Source: Azolla caroliniana (Eukaryota; Plantae; Polypodiophyta). From it: DNA of 64,000 nucleotides. Where the stretch lies: NCBI GenBank assembly GCA_043228905.1, contig JBHGNT010000011.1, forward strand, positions 8,618,001-8,682,000, given 5' to 3'. A program made the translations under genes and the position numbers. This document shows, in pieces, positions 1 through 13,037 of this stretch (position 1 is its first letter; every line of letters begins with the position of its first letter). Below the pieces are notes generated by a model. The model saw nothing but the letters and a program-made list of their open reading frames with translations. It had not been told where the DNA came from and ran no database searches.

Positions 1-292
1 TTGACAGCTATTTAGCTACAGACAGCTAATTAGCTGCATATATAAGTCACTTATGTACTTAGGTAAAAGTGTAGTAAGTAAGAGAAGTGTAGAAGAGTGA
101 GAGTAGAGTAGTAAGAACAAAAAACAGAAAACAAACGAGAGTGAGTTGAGCTCTGCGTGTAATGAAGTAGAAGCTTTTTGGACTGTGCAAAGGTAAGTCT
201 CCTTCCCCTTCCCCTTTCTGTCTTGAGCACTAAACGATCCAGCACATCACGATCCGTTGTGCACACAGAAGAGCCGAAGCGCCTTCGTAACA
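1..292 (+). repeat. Partial 5' LTR of copia A
   Basis: Near-identical to the distal part of 4607-5050; ends ...CTTCGTAACA directly before the PBS. Confidence 0.92.
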
Positions 293-304
293 TGGTATCA
301 GAGC
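293..304 (+). promoter_or_regulatory. Primer-binding site (tRNA-iMet)
   Basis: TGGTATCAGAGC, canonical plant copia PBS. Confidence 0.95.
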
Positions 305-418
305 ATAGTTGCTCATAAAGAATATTAGAACAGTACAGACATCTGAGAAGTTTGTTTCTAGTTGTTGATCTGAATCAGATAGAGTTGTTTGTGAAGTTGA
401 CCCTAATTGAAAGAGAAA

Positions 419-3400
419 ATGGTTGCAGATAATGCAAGCCAAATAGTTACAGAAAAACTGGATAAAAACAAATTCCTGGCATGGAAATTCAGAATGACAA
501 ACTTCATTATGGGGAAAGGATACTGGGATTATATTGAAGGAGACCTAGAAGAGGCTCCAGAGATCCCTAAAGAAAATGCATCTGCTGCACAGATTAAAGC
601 ATTTAAGGAATGGAACCAAGGGGCAAGAAAGGTATTGCATTGGTTGTCACTTAGCATCTCAGATTTGATGCTTGGACACATACAAGATGTTATGCTTCCA
701 AAAGAAGCTTGGGATAGTTTAGTAAAACTGTTTGCAGTGAATACAAAGGCAAGAAAGCTTCAGTTGAAAATTGAGCTAAATACCTTGGAAAAAGGTAAGA
801 TGTCAGTAAATGAGTATGCTCTGAAAATAAAGAGCATATGTGAATCACTTGCTTCTATTAATGTGAAGATAGAAGATGATGATAAGGTGGAAATATGCTT
901 AAGAGGCTTAGGACCTCAAGACAAGAGTTTCAAAACATCTATTCTCACAAGGGATAGTATCCCAAGTTTTCCAGATCTGGTTTCAATGCTTGTAGTAGAA
1001 GAAAGAAATCAAATGGATGATGTAAACAAAGGAAACTCAGAGAATGAGGGGAAAGCCCTCTACAATAGTGTTGGAAGAGGCCGAGGAAGAGGCCATGGAA
1101 GATTTGGTTCAGCTAGAACCAACAACAATTATCAAGGAAGAGGACAACAGGCTGTAAGTGGAAGAAACAACATCAGAGGCAGAGGTAAGCAAACCTATTT
1201 GAATGATGATGGCTGTTGGTATTGTGGAAAACCAGGCCACACACAGGCTGAATGCTATAAAAAGAAAAATGATGAGAAAAGAGGGAAGAGACAGGAAAAT
1301 AATTATGCCTCAACTAGTGAATATTGTGATAAAGATGGTGCATTTGTGATGCAACATGAAATAACAGCAGTGGCTGAATGTTCACAGAGATGCAATGAAG
1401 AGTTTATGAGGTATGTAAATTCTGGGGCATCTAATCATATGACAGGACATGCAAATTGGTTTGAAAGTTTAAGGGAACTAGAGATTCCTAGTTATGTACA
1501 GACAGGTGATAATACTACTCACCAAATAGAGCATGTTGGAGATATCCCATTGTGGGAAGAAAAAGGAAAAACAAAGTATATGTTGAATGTTATGAATGTT
1601 CCAAACCTTGCAAAAAATCTGATTTCTGTTGGACAGATAGTAGAGCAAGGAATGCAAGTGAAGTTTAAGCAAAGTGGATGCTTCATAGAGAAAAATGGAA
1701 AGCTCATTGCAAAAGGAAAACAAGAAGGAAGGATGTTTGTGTTAGATGTGGATATGCCTAGGAAGATTACAACCATGTTTATAGAAGGAATGAGTGTAAT
1801 CTCAGAAGTGGAAATGTGGCATAAAAGAATCGGTCACATAAGTATGCAAACATTGAAAAATATGTTGAGGAAAGATGTAGTGGTTGGACTACCTAAGTTG
1901 AAAGACTGTGAGATGGGAAAAATATGTAAAGCATGTCAATATGGAAAGCAAAACAGGTTGCCTTTCCCTCATGAAAGACATGTAAGCCAAAATTGGTTGG
2001 ATTTGGTACATACAGATGTATGGGGACCAACAAAAAATGCATCAATTAGTGGATGTAAGTTTTATGTAACCTTAATTGATGATTTCTCAAGGAAAACGTG
2101 GGTTTACTTCATGAAAGAAAAAAGTGAAGAATTTGATTGTTTCCGTAAGTTTAAATGCATGGTAGAAAAGCAAGTTGGAACTAAAGTAAAGAGCCTTAAT
2201 GACAGAAAAAAATATGCCATTGTATTATTGGGCAGAAGCTGTAAACACAACAAACTATATCCTAAATAGATGTATAACATCTGGAGTACATGAAGTAACT
2301 CCTGAAGAATGTTTCTATGGCAGAAAGCCAAGTTTAGGACACTTAAAAGTGTTTGGATGCCTTGCCTATGTTCATGTACCTGCTGAGGTGAGAAGTAAGC
2401 TTGATCCAAAAGCTGAAAAATGTATTTTTGTTGGATATTCAGAGGAGCAAAAAGGGTATAGATGTTATAACCTTTGACAGAAAGGATTGTGGTAAGTCGG
2501 GATGTAATATTTGATGAGTTGGGCAGCTGGTACAACCCAAAACAAAATGTAGAAACTGATGAAGACTGTGAAAATGAAGACATGGATAAATCTGAAAATG
2601 TAAGAGATAACCACAGAGTTGGAAACAATGTTGGACAACAAAGTTCCACATAAATGGAATGTACTGGACCATCTGGAAGCTCAGGTAGTAAATCTGTATC
2701 TAATGCATGGAGTGGAAAACATGCAAGACACAAAAAATATGATGATAAAAAGGGAAAACAGAAGATGCCAGAATATGAATGCTTGATGATGGGTCTAGAA
2801 ACATGGAAGATGTAGATTCAGATACATCATTGGATAATGAGCTTGGTATAGGAGCCCTGAAAGTCCATGGTATGGAAAAAGCAATGAAAGATGCAAATCA
2901 GAAACTGAGAAGATCAGATCGAGAGAACAAGACTGTTGAAAGATTTGGCTATGACACATATATGGCTATGCATTATGCATACATGTCTAAAGTGATACAA
3001 ATCCCTGATCCAAATAGCTTTGATGAAGCAAAAGATGAGAAAAAATGGGTGAATGCAATGCAAGAAGAAATAGATGCATTGGCTGAAAATAGAACATGGG
3101 ATTTGGTAAAGTTACCAAAAGAAAAAAATGTGGTAGGTTGCAAATGGGTCTACAAGACAAAGCATGATTCAAATGGAAATGTTAGTAGACATAAAGCAAG
3201 ACTTGTGGCAAAAGGATATGCCCAAATGCAAGGAATTGATTATGATGAAACATTTGCACCGATTGCAAAGATGGCAACCTTGAGAACACTACTTGCTGTG
3301 AGTGCAGCCAAAAGATGGGTTCTGCACCATATGGATCTAAAAAATGCTTTTTACATGGTGACTTAGAAGAAGAAGTGTATATGTGTCAACCACCAAGTTT

Positions 3401-4588
3401 TGAAGATAGGAAGCATCCTGAATATGTTTGTAAGCTGAAAAAGGTTTTTTATCAACTGAAACAAGCACCGAGAGCATGGCATAGGGAACTTTTAGAATCT
3501 CTGAAAAAAATTGCTTTCAAAATGTCAAAGGTTGATCCATCATTATATGTAAAGAAGATAAATGATTGCATTGTTGTGATCTTGATATATGTTGATGATC
3601 TAATCATTGGAGGTGATTCTATGGAAGAGATAAGTAAGTTGAAGAAAAATCTGGAAATGCAAATTCAGATGAAGGATTTGGGAGAGCTGAGATACTTTCT
3701 TGGCACTGAGATGATAAGATCTAAGAGTGGTATATATATGTTGCAAAAAAGTATGCAACAACTATGTTGAAGAAGTATGGTATGCTTGGATGCAAACCTA
3801 TTTGTATACCACTAGATAAGAACTGCAAATTGGGGGCTAATTTGGGAGCCAAAATAGAAGATGTAAACATGTATAGGTCTATGGTGGGCAGCCTCATATA
3901 TTTGACCATAACAAGACCTAATTTGAATTATGATGTTGGATTAGTCAGCCAGTTTATGCAACAGCCAACAAAGCCACATTTAGACTGCATAAGAAGAATT
4001 CTGAGGTATGTAAAAGCTACTCAGAACTAGGGACTGTTTTACAGGGTTGACCTAGACATAAAGTTGGAAGGATATACAGATGATGATTGGTCTGGAAGCC
4101 AAACTGACAGAAGATCCACAAGTGGATATATGTTTACATTGGGAAGTGCAGCTATTTCATGGAGTAGCAAGAAACAAGCCACTGTTGCATTGTCAAGTAC
4201 TGAAACTGAGTATAGAGGAGCTGCAATATCTACCTGTGAAGAGGTATGGATCAGAAGATTGCTTTATGATTTGGGAGAATATATAGATGGTGCTGTCACA
4301 ATTTGGTGTGACAATATGAGCAACATTCAATTGGCAAAAAACCCAGTGCTCCATGCAAGAACAAAGCACATTGAAGTGCATTATCACTTTGTTAGAGAAA
4401 AAGTGATTGATGGAGAAGTGGATCTATTGTATGTAAGTACAAATCAACAAGTGGCTGATATTCTTACGAAGAGATTGAGCATGGAAAAACATACACAGTT
4501 TAGAGACATGATGGGAGTTATAACCATCGGCATGGTAGTTGAAAAGCATGAAGAAAAGAATATTGAAGATGATCCCAAGAAAGGATAA
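419..4588 (+). pseudogene. pol: Copia gag-pol polyprotein with frameshifts, stops and an integrase-core deletion
   Basis: Zn knuckle CWYCGKPGHTQAEC, PR (N/D)SGASNHM, INT WHKRIGH..C..C and HTDVWGP, RT KARLVAKG and YVDDL, RH SWSSKKQ and RTKHIEV. Confidence 0.95.
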
Positions 4589-4606
4589 GTTGAGCTTGAG
4601 GGGGAT

Positions 4607-5050
4607 TGCTGAGAAGCAAGCTCAACAAAGGTATGTGATGCTTATTGAGAAATAAGCTACAGTAGTTATTAGCTAATTAGCTACTAGTGGACATAAAGGT
4701 GAAACAACTATTTAGCTATGCATAGCTATTTGGCTACTAACAGCTAGTTAGCTACAGACAGCTAATTAGCTACTGGTAGCTAATTAGCTGCATATATAAG
4801 TCACTTATGTACTTAGGTAAAAAGTGTAGTAAGTAAGAGAAGTGTAGAAGAGTGAGAGTAGAGTAGTAAGAACAAAAAACAGAAAACAAATGAGGGCGAG
4901 TTGAGCTCTTTGTGTAATGAAGTAGAAGCTTTTTGGACTATGCAAAGGTAAGTAAGTCTCTTTCCCCTTCCCCTTTCTGTCTTGAGCACTAAACGATCCA
5001 ACACATCACATCCTCTGTGCACACAGAAGAGCCGAAGCACCTTCGTAACA
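4607..5050 (+). repeat. 3' LTR of copia A (444 bp)
   Basis: TG...CA after the PPT; internal AGCTAATTAGCT repeats; TATATAA at about 4793. Confidence 0.93.
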
Positions 5051-5727
5051 CTTTGCAAGATGGATGGCACTTTGACTATCGCAGTAGAGTTGGTATTCCT
5101 CCTCTCGGATTCCCAGTTCTCCGATGAAGTCCTTCATCCAGATTACTTCCTTGATGGCTTCCATGACTGCCATGTACTCCGCTTCTGTTGTCGACAGTGC
5201 TATGAATTTCTACAGCCTCAACTGCCACGATACGGCTCCCCCTGCATCTGTCATGACGTATCTGGATGTAGACCGACTGGTATTTGCATCAGCCGACATG
5301 TCCGACTCGATGAAGCCTTCCAATAAGGTTTTTACTAGAGCCGAATGGGAGGCAAGTGCTCGAGGTGCCTTTCAAGTACCGGAGTATCCACTTGACAACG
5401 ACCCGGTGTTCTCTTTCCAGATTGCGCATGAACTAGCTGACAACTCCGACTGCATATCTGATATCCAAGCGGGTACGCACCATTGCCGACATCAAGCTTC
5501 CAACGGCAGAGGCATATGGTACATTCATCATCTCCGACTTCTCTGTCTTTGTCTTCGGGCTTTGTTTCATGGACAACTTACAGTTAACCGGAAGTGTTGA
5601 CCCGATCGGCTTTGCATCCATCATGCTGAATCGTTGGGGCACCTTCGTCAAGTACTTCTCCTATGACAGCCACAATGGCTTCTTCGTCCAGTCCCGGACT
5701 ATGTGCATCCCCAATATCTATCTTGCC
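5051..5727 (-). pseudogene. pol: Copia K fragment 1 (RT end / RNase H)
   Basis: Colinear with D pol at about 18280-18955 (VPYASAVGSLM, STSRYVMT); resumes at 10651. Confidence 0.9.
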
Positions 5728-6414
5728 CATGGTTGTTTACGTACCCGTATTTAACGGTTAAATATATATAATACCTCATCATTTGTATAGTACGTACTAT
5801 ACCTCAATGTTGTTCAGTCAAATATCATGTACATTTGTCCAATATGGTATTAAACGTATTTATAAAAAAATAGGTATAATATGTATTTATAAAGAAAATG
5901 TAAGTAAAACAAAAAGCAAAAAAAAGAAGATTTTAGTGAAAAAGAAGCCAAAAGAAGGAAGAAAGAAGAATTGAAGAGACGGCGATGAAGAAGATGAAGA
6001 AGAAGAAGAAGAAGAAGAGAGAAAAGAAGACATAAACCTGTCCTGAGTGTGATAATCGCAGTAGATAGAAGAAGAAGAAGAAGAAAACAAAGAAAAGAGA
6101 AACCTATCATGAGTGTGATAATCATAGACGATTCCTCAATCTATGAAGGCATAATTGTAAATAATTACAATTTGAAGTAGAACATTGTGATACACACTTG
6201 CATTGATTTATAGAATAATGGAATGTCGACATCCATATTACTACAAGTATTTGAGGATGTGAAATGTTCAAATGTCTTATATGCATTTTAGGATGTATAA
6301 ATATATTCTACATCACAAAATTGTGTAACCATAGATGTTTTTTACAATATTATAGATATTTTTTAGAAAGGTAAACAATTTTCAAATTCTAGAAGTATTT
6401 AACATACTATACGT

Positions 6415-7209
6415 TGTTGTGTTGTTATGCGTGTGTGTAGAAGGGCGGGACCATGGGGGTCTTGGACTAGGGAGAAAGGGGTGCTGAGAAACCGACTCCG
6501 GACGCGTTCCGGAGGCAACCGAACACGAGAGAGAGAGAGAGACAGAGGAGAGGGAGAGCGTGCGCGCGACACTGACTCTTATGCACATGAAGCAAGGGGT
6601 TGTGCTTCCGACACCACCAAATACACCGATATGCACAAACAGACGCAAATATGTATATTACAAGGGAAATAATACAACCCCGGCTTCGAGCTGGATCAAG
6701 GTAGGTTACAGCCGCAGTCGGCTGCCAAGCCGCCGGTCGGGGAGCTCACGGGCTGTCGCGCCGAGCGGGGTCTTGCACAAGAGACCGAGCGGAAGCAAAC
6801 CTACAAAGGGGAAAGATACAACCACAGCCACGGGCCAGCTACGCACAGAAGAAGAGAAGTTAACCTAACAGCTTTGCAGCCTTAACTCCTGCCCGACTTC
6901 TCGAGAAGGAGAAGAAAAAAAAAGAAGAAAAGAAAGAATGTAGCTAACCCTAGAAAAGAAAGCACAAAATGGTATACCCTTACGACTCAAAATGGGCAAC
7001 CCTTTCACAAAGGGCGCTCCCCTCCCTTTATAGAATAAGGAGAGGAATGCATAACAATGTGGGATAAATCCCGACTTACATGGGATTCTCTGTCCCGACT
7101 TAACTCCTATTTATCCACACGTTTTTACAAGGGTAAGTGCACATGGTGCACTCTGCCGATTCTTCCGATATTCCCCGGTTTCTCACTATGGCCCGGAATC
7201 TTGACGACA
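6415..7209 (-). repeat. 3' LTR of J
   Basis: Direct repeat of 9673-10500, TG...GACA. Confidence 0.92.
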
Positions 7210-8795
7210 TCCGCCCCCACCAAACCACACGTCCACCGGTACGTGCCAAGTTTGGAGAAGGGTGAGAGATTCCGGTCGGTGAGGAACCGGTCCTCCGTGG
7301 CCTGCATCCCGGTTTGCCGCGTCGAACGCTGCTGGTTTGAACCGTCAGCTCCGGTTCCTTCTCCGCGTTTGCCTCCCCTAGGCTCGTTCGACCCGTCGAT
7401 AGGTCATTCGCCGCGATCTCGTAGAGCGTGTGCTTCTCCGTTGGCCCTTCCTTTGACTGTATGCAGGCATCTTGTTCCTTCAGATACGCGGCGCCCTCCG
7501 CCCGAGGAACAACTCGTAGTAGCCAGCTTGGCCACTTTCGACTTGTGCTGCTGTCACCTGTTTGGAGCCTTCCGCTTGCCGTCGTCCCCTTGCCGCCACC
7601 TTCCTTCTCCTTGGTCTTACGTTGCCGCGTCGGCTCGAACTGCCAAGGTCTACGAGACCCAGTGTGGAGGATCCCTCTATGGTCATCTACCTTGTTTCCG
7701 GTCTCCATTCTGCGTAGTCTGTTTACACACGCCCGTGTTCTCGTTCCCGACACCACCGCGTGTTGTCTTCCGCCTTCCTTGCTTGGCACCATCTGTGCCG
7801 AGCACCGTCCTGTACCCATGCTTTGCTTTGGCCCTCGGTGGCCACACGCACGCCTTCCGTTCTGCTTTCGGGTGTGCCCTTTCCATCTCGGCACACCGCT
7901 CCTTTACCGTGTGTCCACGATAGCTTACCGGAAGATCACCCTTGCCGTGTCCTGGCCCGCATGGCCTCCTTCGTTCTCATAACACCTCGGCTGGTCGGTG
8001 CCTCTGATGTTGCCGCCTTTGTCCCCTTTGCTGCCACCTTCCATTACCCTCGGTCTCACGTTGCCTCATTGGCCGAACAGCCGGGGTCTCCGGATAGGTG
8101 TGAAGGATCCTTCTTGGGCCTCTGTCTTGTTGGGTCACCGACTTGTGTGCCAAGCGCGTCTGATCTTGTCTTGCCGACCCTGCCGGTCGGGCCCGTATCC
8201 GATTCATGGCCGCCTCGCCGGGGTCATACCTCCTTTCCGCTCTGCCTTCGTCATCCAATCACGTTCTCCTACCGCCATCGTCCTTTCCTATAGGACTCAT
8301 GTCAGCTCTTTGGCCGACCACCGGATCGATGTGAGGATCTTCGTGGGACCTCCCCTTTTTGGCGTCTTGGTTGCCCGCCTTGCCGCCGCCACCATTCTTC
8401 TCTCTAGGTCTCATGCCGACTCTTTGTTGCTGACTGCTGGAGTCTCGAGAACTGGTGTGTGTAAGGCCGTGGCAACACCACTTGCTGTTTTCTTGACTTC
8501 CTCTGTTGGTCACGTTCACCTGCCGCCACCGATCTCTCCTATAGGACTCACGCCGCCGCTTGGGCCGACCGCCGGATCGGTGAGAGGATCTTCGTAGACC
8601 GTCCCTCTGCAATTCTTTGCATTCGTCCCCTCGCCGCCACCGTTCGTCACTCTAGGTCTCACGTCGGCTCTCGGGCCGACCGTCGGTGTCTCTAGAACCG
8701 GTGTGAAGGATCCTCCTTGGGCTCTTTGGCACTCGGACCCTTATCTCGGCTCATCTCTCTCCGCATGTCGAGAGCGTGGCTTGTTTCGCACCCTC

Positions 8796-9635
8796 TCATG
8801 TGGTACCGTCATACCGATCTTCTGCCTTCTCGTGGGGCAAATTCGTCTCCTTGGCCTCGGCTCGCGGACTCGATCTTTCCTCTTCCTCGAGCATCGCCTC
8901 GAGAGCCACGTACACCTCCGCAATCCTGGCCCCGAAGCCGAGTCTTGCTGTCTCTCTTTGCCGTTTGGCCTCTTCCCACTGAGTTGGCACGCCGTCGCGC
9001 ACCTTCCCCTTTGCCTTCTCGGCTCGCTCGTCATCTAGCCGTTGGCAGACCCTTCTGACCTTTGACCAATCCTCAGTGAGGCCATTCGCTCCGTCCTCAT
9101 TTTCGAGCTCAATCCCAATTTCCTCTCGTTCTACCCGGTCGATCGACTTAACGAACAACAGGACTTTGTCCGCCCCCACCAAACCTTGTTCCCGCTCTGG
9201 GAGCCGAGCAAGCCGTCGCTTGAACTCTCGGAACGCCTTCGTTGCGCACCGGTGGGTCTTTGCCGATGCTACCCATTGGTCGAAGCCGCGTCGTCCCCGG
9301 TTCTTCCGCCATCCCCCATACACCTGTAGGAGCGCCTCTTCGAAGGCCTCCCACGAACTATGAGCCTCTCGGAGCTCCTTCACTTCCGCGTGCATATGGA
9401 CGACGACGACCCGACAGAAAAACTCCAGCCTCAACGCCTGGGCTACGTCTCGCTCCTCCATTTCCGCGTTGTAGGCTTCCAAGTAAAATGGGACTTTGCC
9501 CCCGTTGAAACAGCCGGCTCTTTCGACCACTCGCTCCAACGCTTGCTGCGCCGTCTCTCGTCTTGCTATTGCTCATCCAAACTCCCTCACCGCTTCGACA
9601 AAAAGTTGTGCGAGGTTGTCTTCTTCCAGCTCCAT
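8796..9635 (-). pseudogene. gag: gag of J (one in-frame TGA near the N-terminus)
   Basis: FNGGKVPFYLEAY and DKVLLFVKSID resemble the gag of B (FNGKDVTTYLEAF, SKVLQFIKSVD) and C. Confidence 0.82.
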
Positions 9636-9650
9636 TCTCCCTTGCCACCC

Positions 9651-9668
9651 TTCACGTCGGGTTCACCA
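9651..9668 (-). promoter_or_regulatory. PBS complementary to tRNA-Trp (J)
   Basis: + strand TTCACGTCGGGTTCACCA matches the 3' end of plant cytosolic tRNA-Trp plus CCA (from recall). Confidence 0.88.
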
Positions 9669-9672
9669 AATA

Positions 9673-9786
9673 TGTCGCGTTGTTACGCGTGTGCGTGTAG
9701 AAGGGCGGGACCACGGGGGTCTCGAACTACGGAGAAAGGGGTGCCGAGAAACCGACTCCAGACGCGTTTCGGAGGCAACCGAACGC

Positions 9787-9832
<46 letters not shown>

Positions 9833-10500
9833 AAGGAGAGGGAGAGCGTGCGCGCGACACCGACTCTTATGCACAGGAAGCAAGGGGTTGTGCTTCCGAC
9901 ACCACCAAATACACTGATATGCACAAATAGACGCGAATATGTATATTACAAGGGAAATAATACAACCCTGGTTTTGAGTCGGATCAAGGTAGGTTACAGC
10001 CGCAGTCGGCTGCCAAGCCGCTGGTCGGGGAGCTCACGGGCTGTCACGCTAAGCGGGGTCTTGCATAGGAGACCGAGCAGAAGCAAACGTACAAAGGGGA
10101 AAGATACAACCACGGCCACGAGCCGGCTACGCACAGAAGAAGAGAAGTTAACCTAACAGCTTTGCCGCCTTAGCTCCTGCCCAACTTCTCGAGAAGGAGA
10201 AGAAAAAAGAAGAAGAAGAAAAGAAAGAATGTAGCTAACCCTAGAAAAGAAAGCACAAAATGGTATACCCTTACGACTCAAAATGGGCAACCCTTTCACA
10301 AAGGGCGCTCTCCTCCCTTTATAGAACAAGGAGAGGGATGCGTAACAATGTGGGATAAATCCCGACTTACATGGGATTCTCTATCCCGACTTAACTCCTA
10401 TTTATCCACACGTTTTTACAAGGGTAAGTGCACATGGTGCACTCTGTCGATTCTTCTGATATTCCCCGGTTTCTCACTATGGCCCGGAATCTTCATGACA
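9673..10500 (-). repeat. 5' LTR of J
   Basis: TGTCGCG...CATGACA; contains an expanded (GA)n. Confidence 0.92.
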
Positions 10501-10650
10501 ACGTAAAATATGTATTTTACGTATTTTATAAGTATTTAATATATTAAAAAACGTATTTAAAGTATTTTTAAATTGGGAGGTATTATACGGGTATGAATAT
10601 GTTAAATACGTGTGGTATCCATACCGTACCTAACGTACCTAACAACCTTG

Positions 10651-10806
10651 ATCTTGCCGGACCCAAATCTTTCATTGAGAAGGTCCAGTTCAAGGCCTTC
10701 TTCAGATTCTCAATTTTGATTTGGTCCGGTCCGATAGTTAGCATGTCATCTACATACAACAAGAGGATTAGGAAGTCACCCCTGTCGAATTTCTTCACAA
10801 ACACGC
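10651..10806 (-). pseudogene. pol: Copia K fragment 2 (RT, YVDDML..MKDLG)
   Basis: LLLYVDDML and SMKDLGPA; contiguous with 5727 and 56461 after removing inserts. Confidence 0.9.
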
Positions 10807-11669
<863 letters not shown>

Positions 11670-11814
11670 TCCACCCCCACCAAACCGCACATCCTCTGGC
11701 ATGTGCCAAGTAATGTAGCGGTGGATTCCAATCAAGTCCTTACTCTTCCTCCGATCCGTTGGCAGTTCGGTCTTCATCCGACTCCTTGCTTTTGCCAGTC
11801 TCCCCGTCTTCGTG

Positions 11815-13037
11815 TCATTTCTTGAAGGCCTTTATCCTTTTCCCCACAACCGGTACTTCTATCTTCGTCTCGTCGACCTCCACAAGGTGATATGTGGCGT
11901 TATCATTGGCACCTGTCACCACGTACGGCCTGAACCACCTCCTCGCAAATTTCCGGGTTGACTGATGTTGGTTATCCAGGCAGTTGTCGTAGACCAGCAC
12001 CCAATCGCCCTCCTCGATCTTTCTCGGCCAAAGTCAGTGTATCAGGTCGAACGGGCCTTTATTCTTTTTCCGCGCTTCTTCTACCCTTGCCATCACTCAT
12101 GCGATGTCCTCCGGTCTTCGTTTGAGCTGTTGGATCCACACTGCCAACAACTCTTGTTGGTTCATCTCCGCAGACCAGTCGACTGCCAACCACGGGGAGT
12201 CTGTCCTTTCCACCAGCATGATCGGTTTCTATCCAAACATAAGCTTGGCCGGCATGTACTCGGTTACCGAATTGTGCGTAGTTTGGTTGGCCCAAAGTGC
12301 ATAAGTAATCTAGGCCAATTCCTGATTCGTTTGTCGCACGGTCGCACCAATGCTTTCATGATCGGCCCATGTCCGTGCTCGGCTTTCCCATTCGCCTCCA
12401 GATTATACGTCGTGGTGAGGGAAAGCTTTATGCCTAACTGGTCGAAAAAATCCTCAGCTTCCTGCAGATCCAACTCCCCTTGGTCCGCCACGATCTTACC
12501 CACACACCCGTATTGACAGACGACATCCTCTATTAGGAATTTGCATACGGACGTGGTTGTCTTGTTCGTCAATGCTCGGCCTTCCACCTGATTTGTCAGA
12601 TCTTCCCTTGATAGCACTAGGTACCGCATCTGCCCTACTCCCATTGGCATCATCACCAAGTCGACCATCCACTTGAAGTGTATGGTTGGCGGGTAAGTTG
12701 GGTGCAGCTTGTTGCGGTGTCGGATCACTGAGTGCATCTTGTAGCTTTCACACATCGACACGAAGTGGTGCACACCCTTATACATTCCTGGACACCAGTA
12801 CTTCTCTTTCAGCTTCTCGAACGTGGCCCATGTCCCTCGATGTCCGGACGAAGGACACTCATGGAACTCCGTCATCAACACTGATTGGTCTTCTTCCTGC
12901 GTCACCACCTGGAGTGTTGCGCCATTCCGCCTCTTTGGATGCCGCAATATTTTCAAGCTTTGTAGGAAGAATTAGTAAGCTTTCTTCCGGAGTCGACCCG
13001 CTTCTTCTTTTGTCCATGACGCGTCCATCTTCATCAT
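11815..13037 (-). pseudogene. pol: B integrase
   Basis: GHRGTWAT..C..K, KWMVDLV, ANGKAEHGH, RWFRPY. Confidence 0.9.

Larger units (their letters stand above)
1..5050 (+). mobile_element. Ty1/copia LTR retrotransposon A (5' LTR runs off the window; decayed)
   Basis: LTR pair 1-292 and 4607-5050, tRNA-iMet PBS TGGTATCAGAGC at 293-304, PPT GAGGGGGA at 4598-4605, domain order gag-PR-INT-RT-RH. Confidence 0.95.
6415..10500 (-). mobile_element. Gag-only non-autonomous gypsy LTR element J
   Basis: LTRs 6415-7209 and 9673-10500, 4-bp TSD ACGT, Trp PBS 9651-9668, PPT just right of 7209, no RT or INT motifs. Confidence 0.9.
5728..10650. mobile_element. Non-autonomous hAT-like TIR element (about 830 bp without nested J)
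   Basis: 8-bp TSD ATCTTGCC at 5720-5727 and 10651-10658; imperfect TIR CATGGTTGTTTACGTAC / GTACCTAACAACCTTG; subterminal GTACC/GGTA motifs; no coding capacity. Confidence 0.88.

Noticed and set aside
5900-6125. Lys/Glu- or Ser/Phe-rich short ORFs
   Set aside because: (GAA)n low-complexity tract inside the hAT-like element
7057-8597. Overlapping 180-290-aa ORFs on the + strand
   Set aside because: GC-rich, stop-poor antisense of J interior; no recognisable motifs
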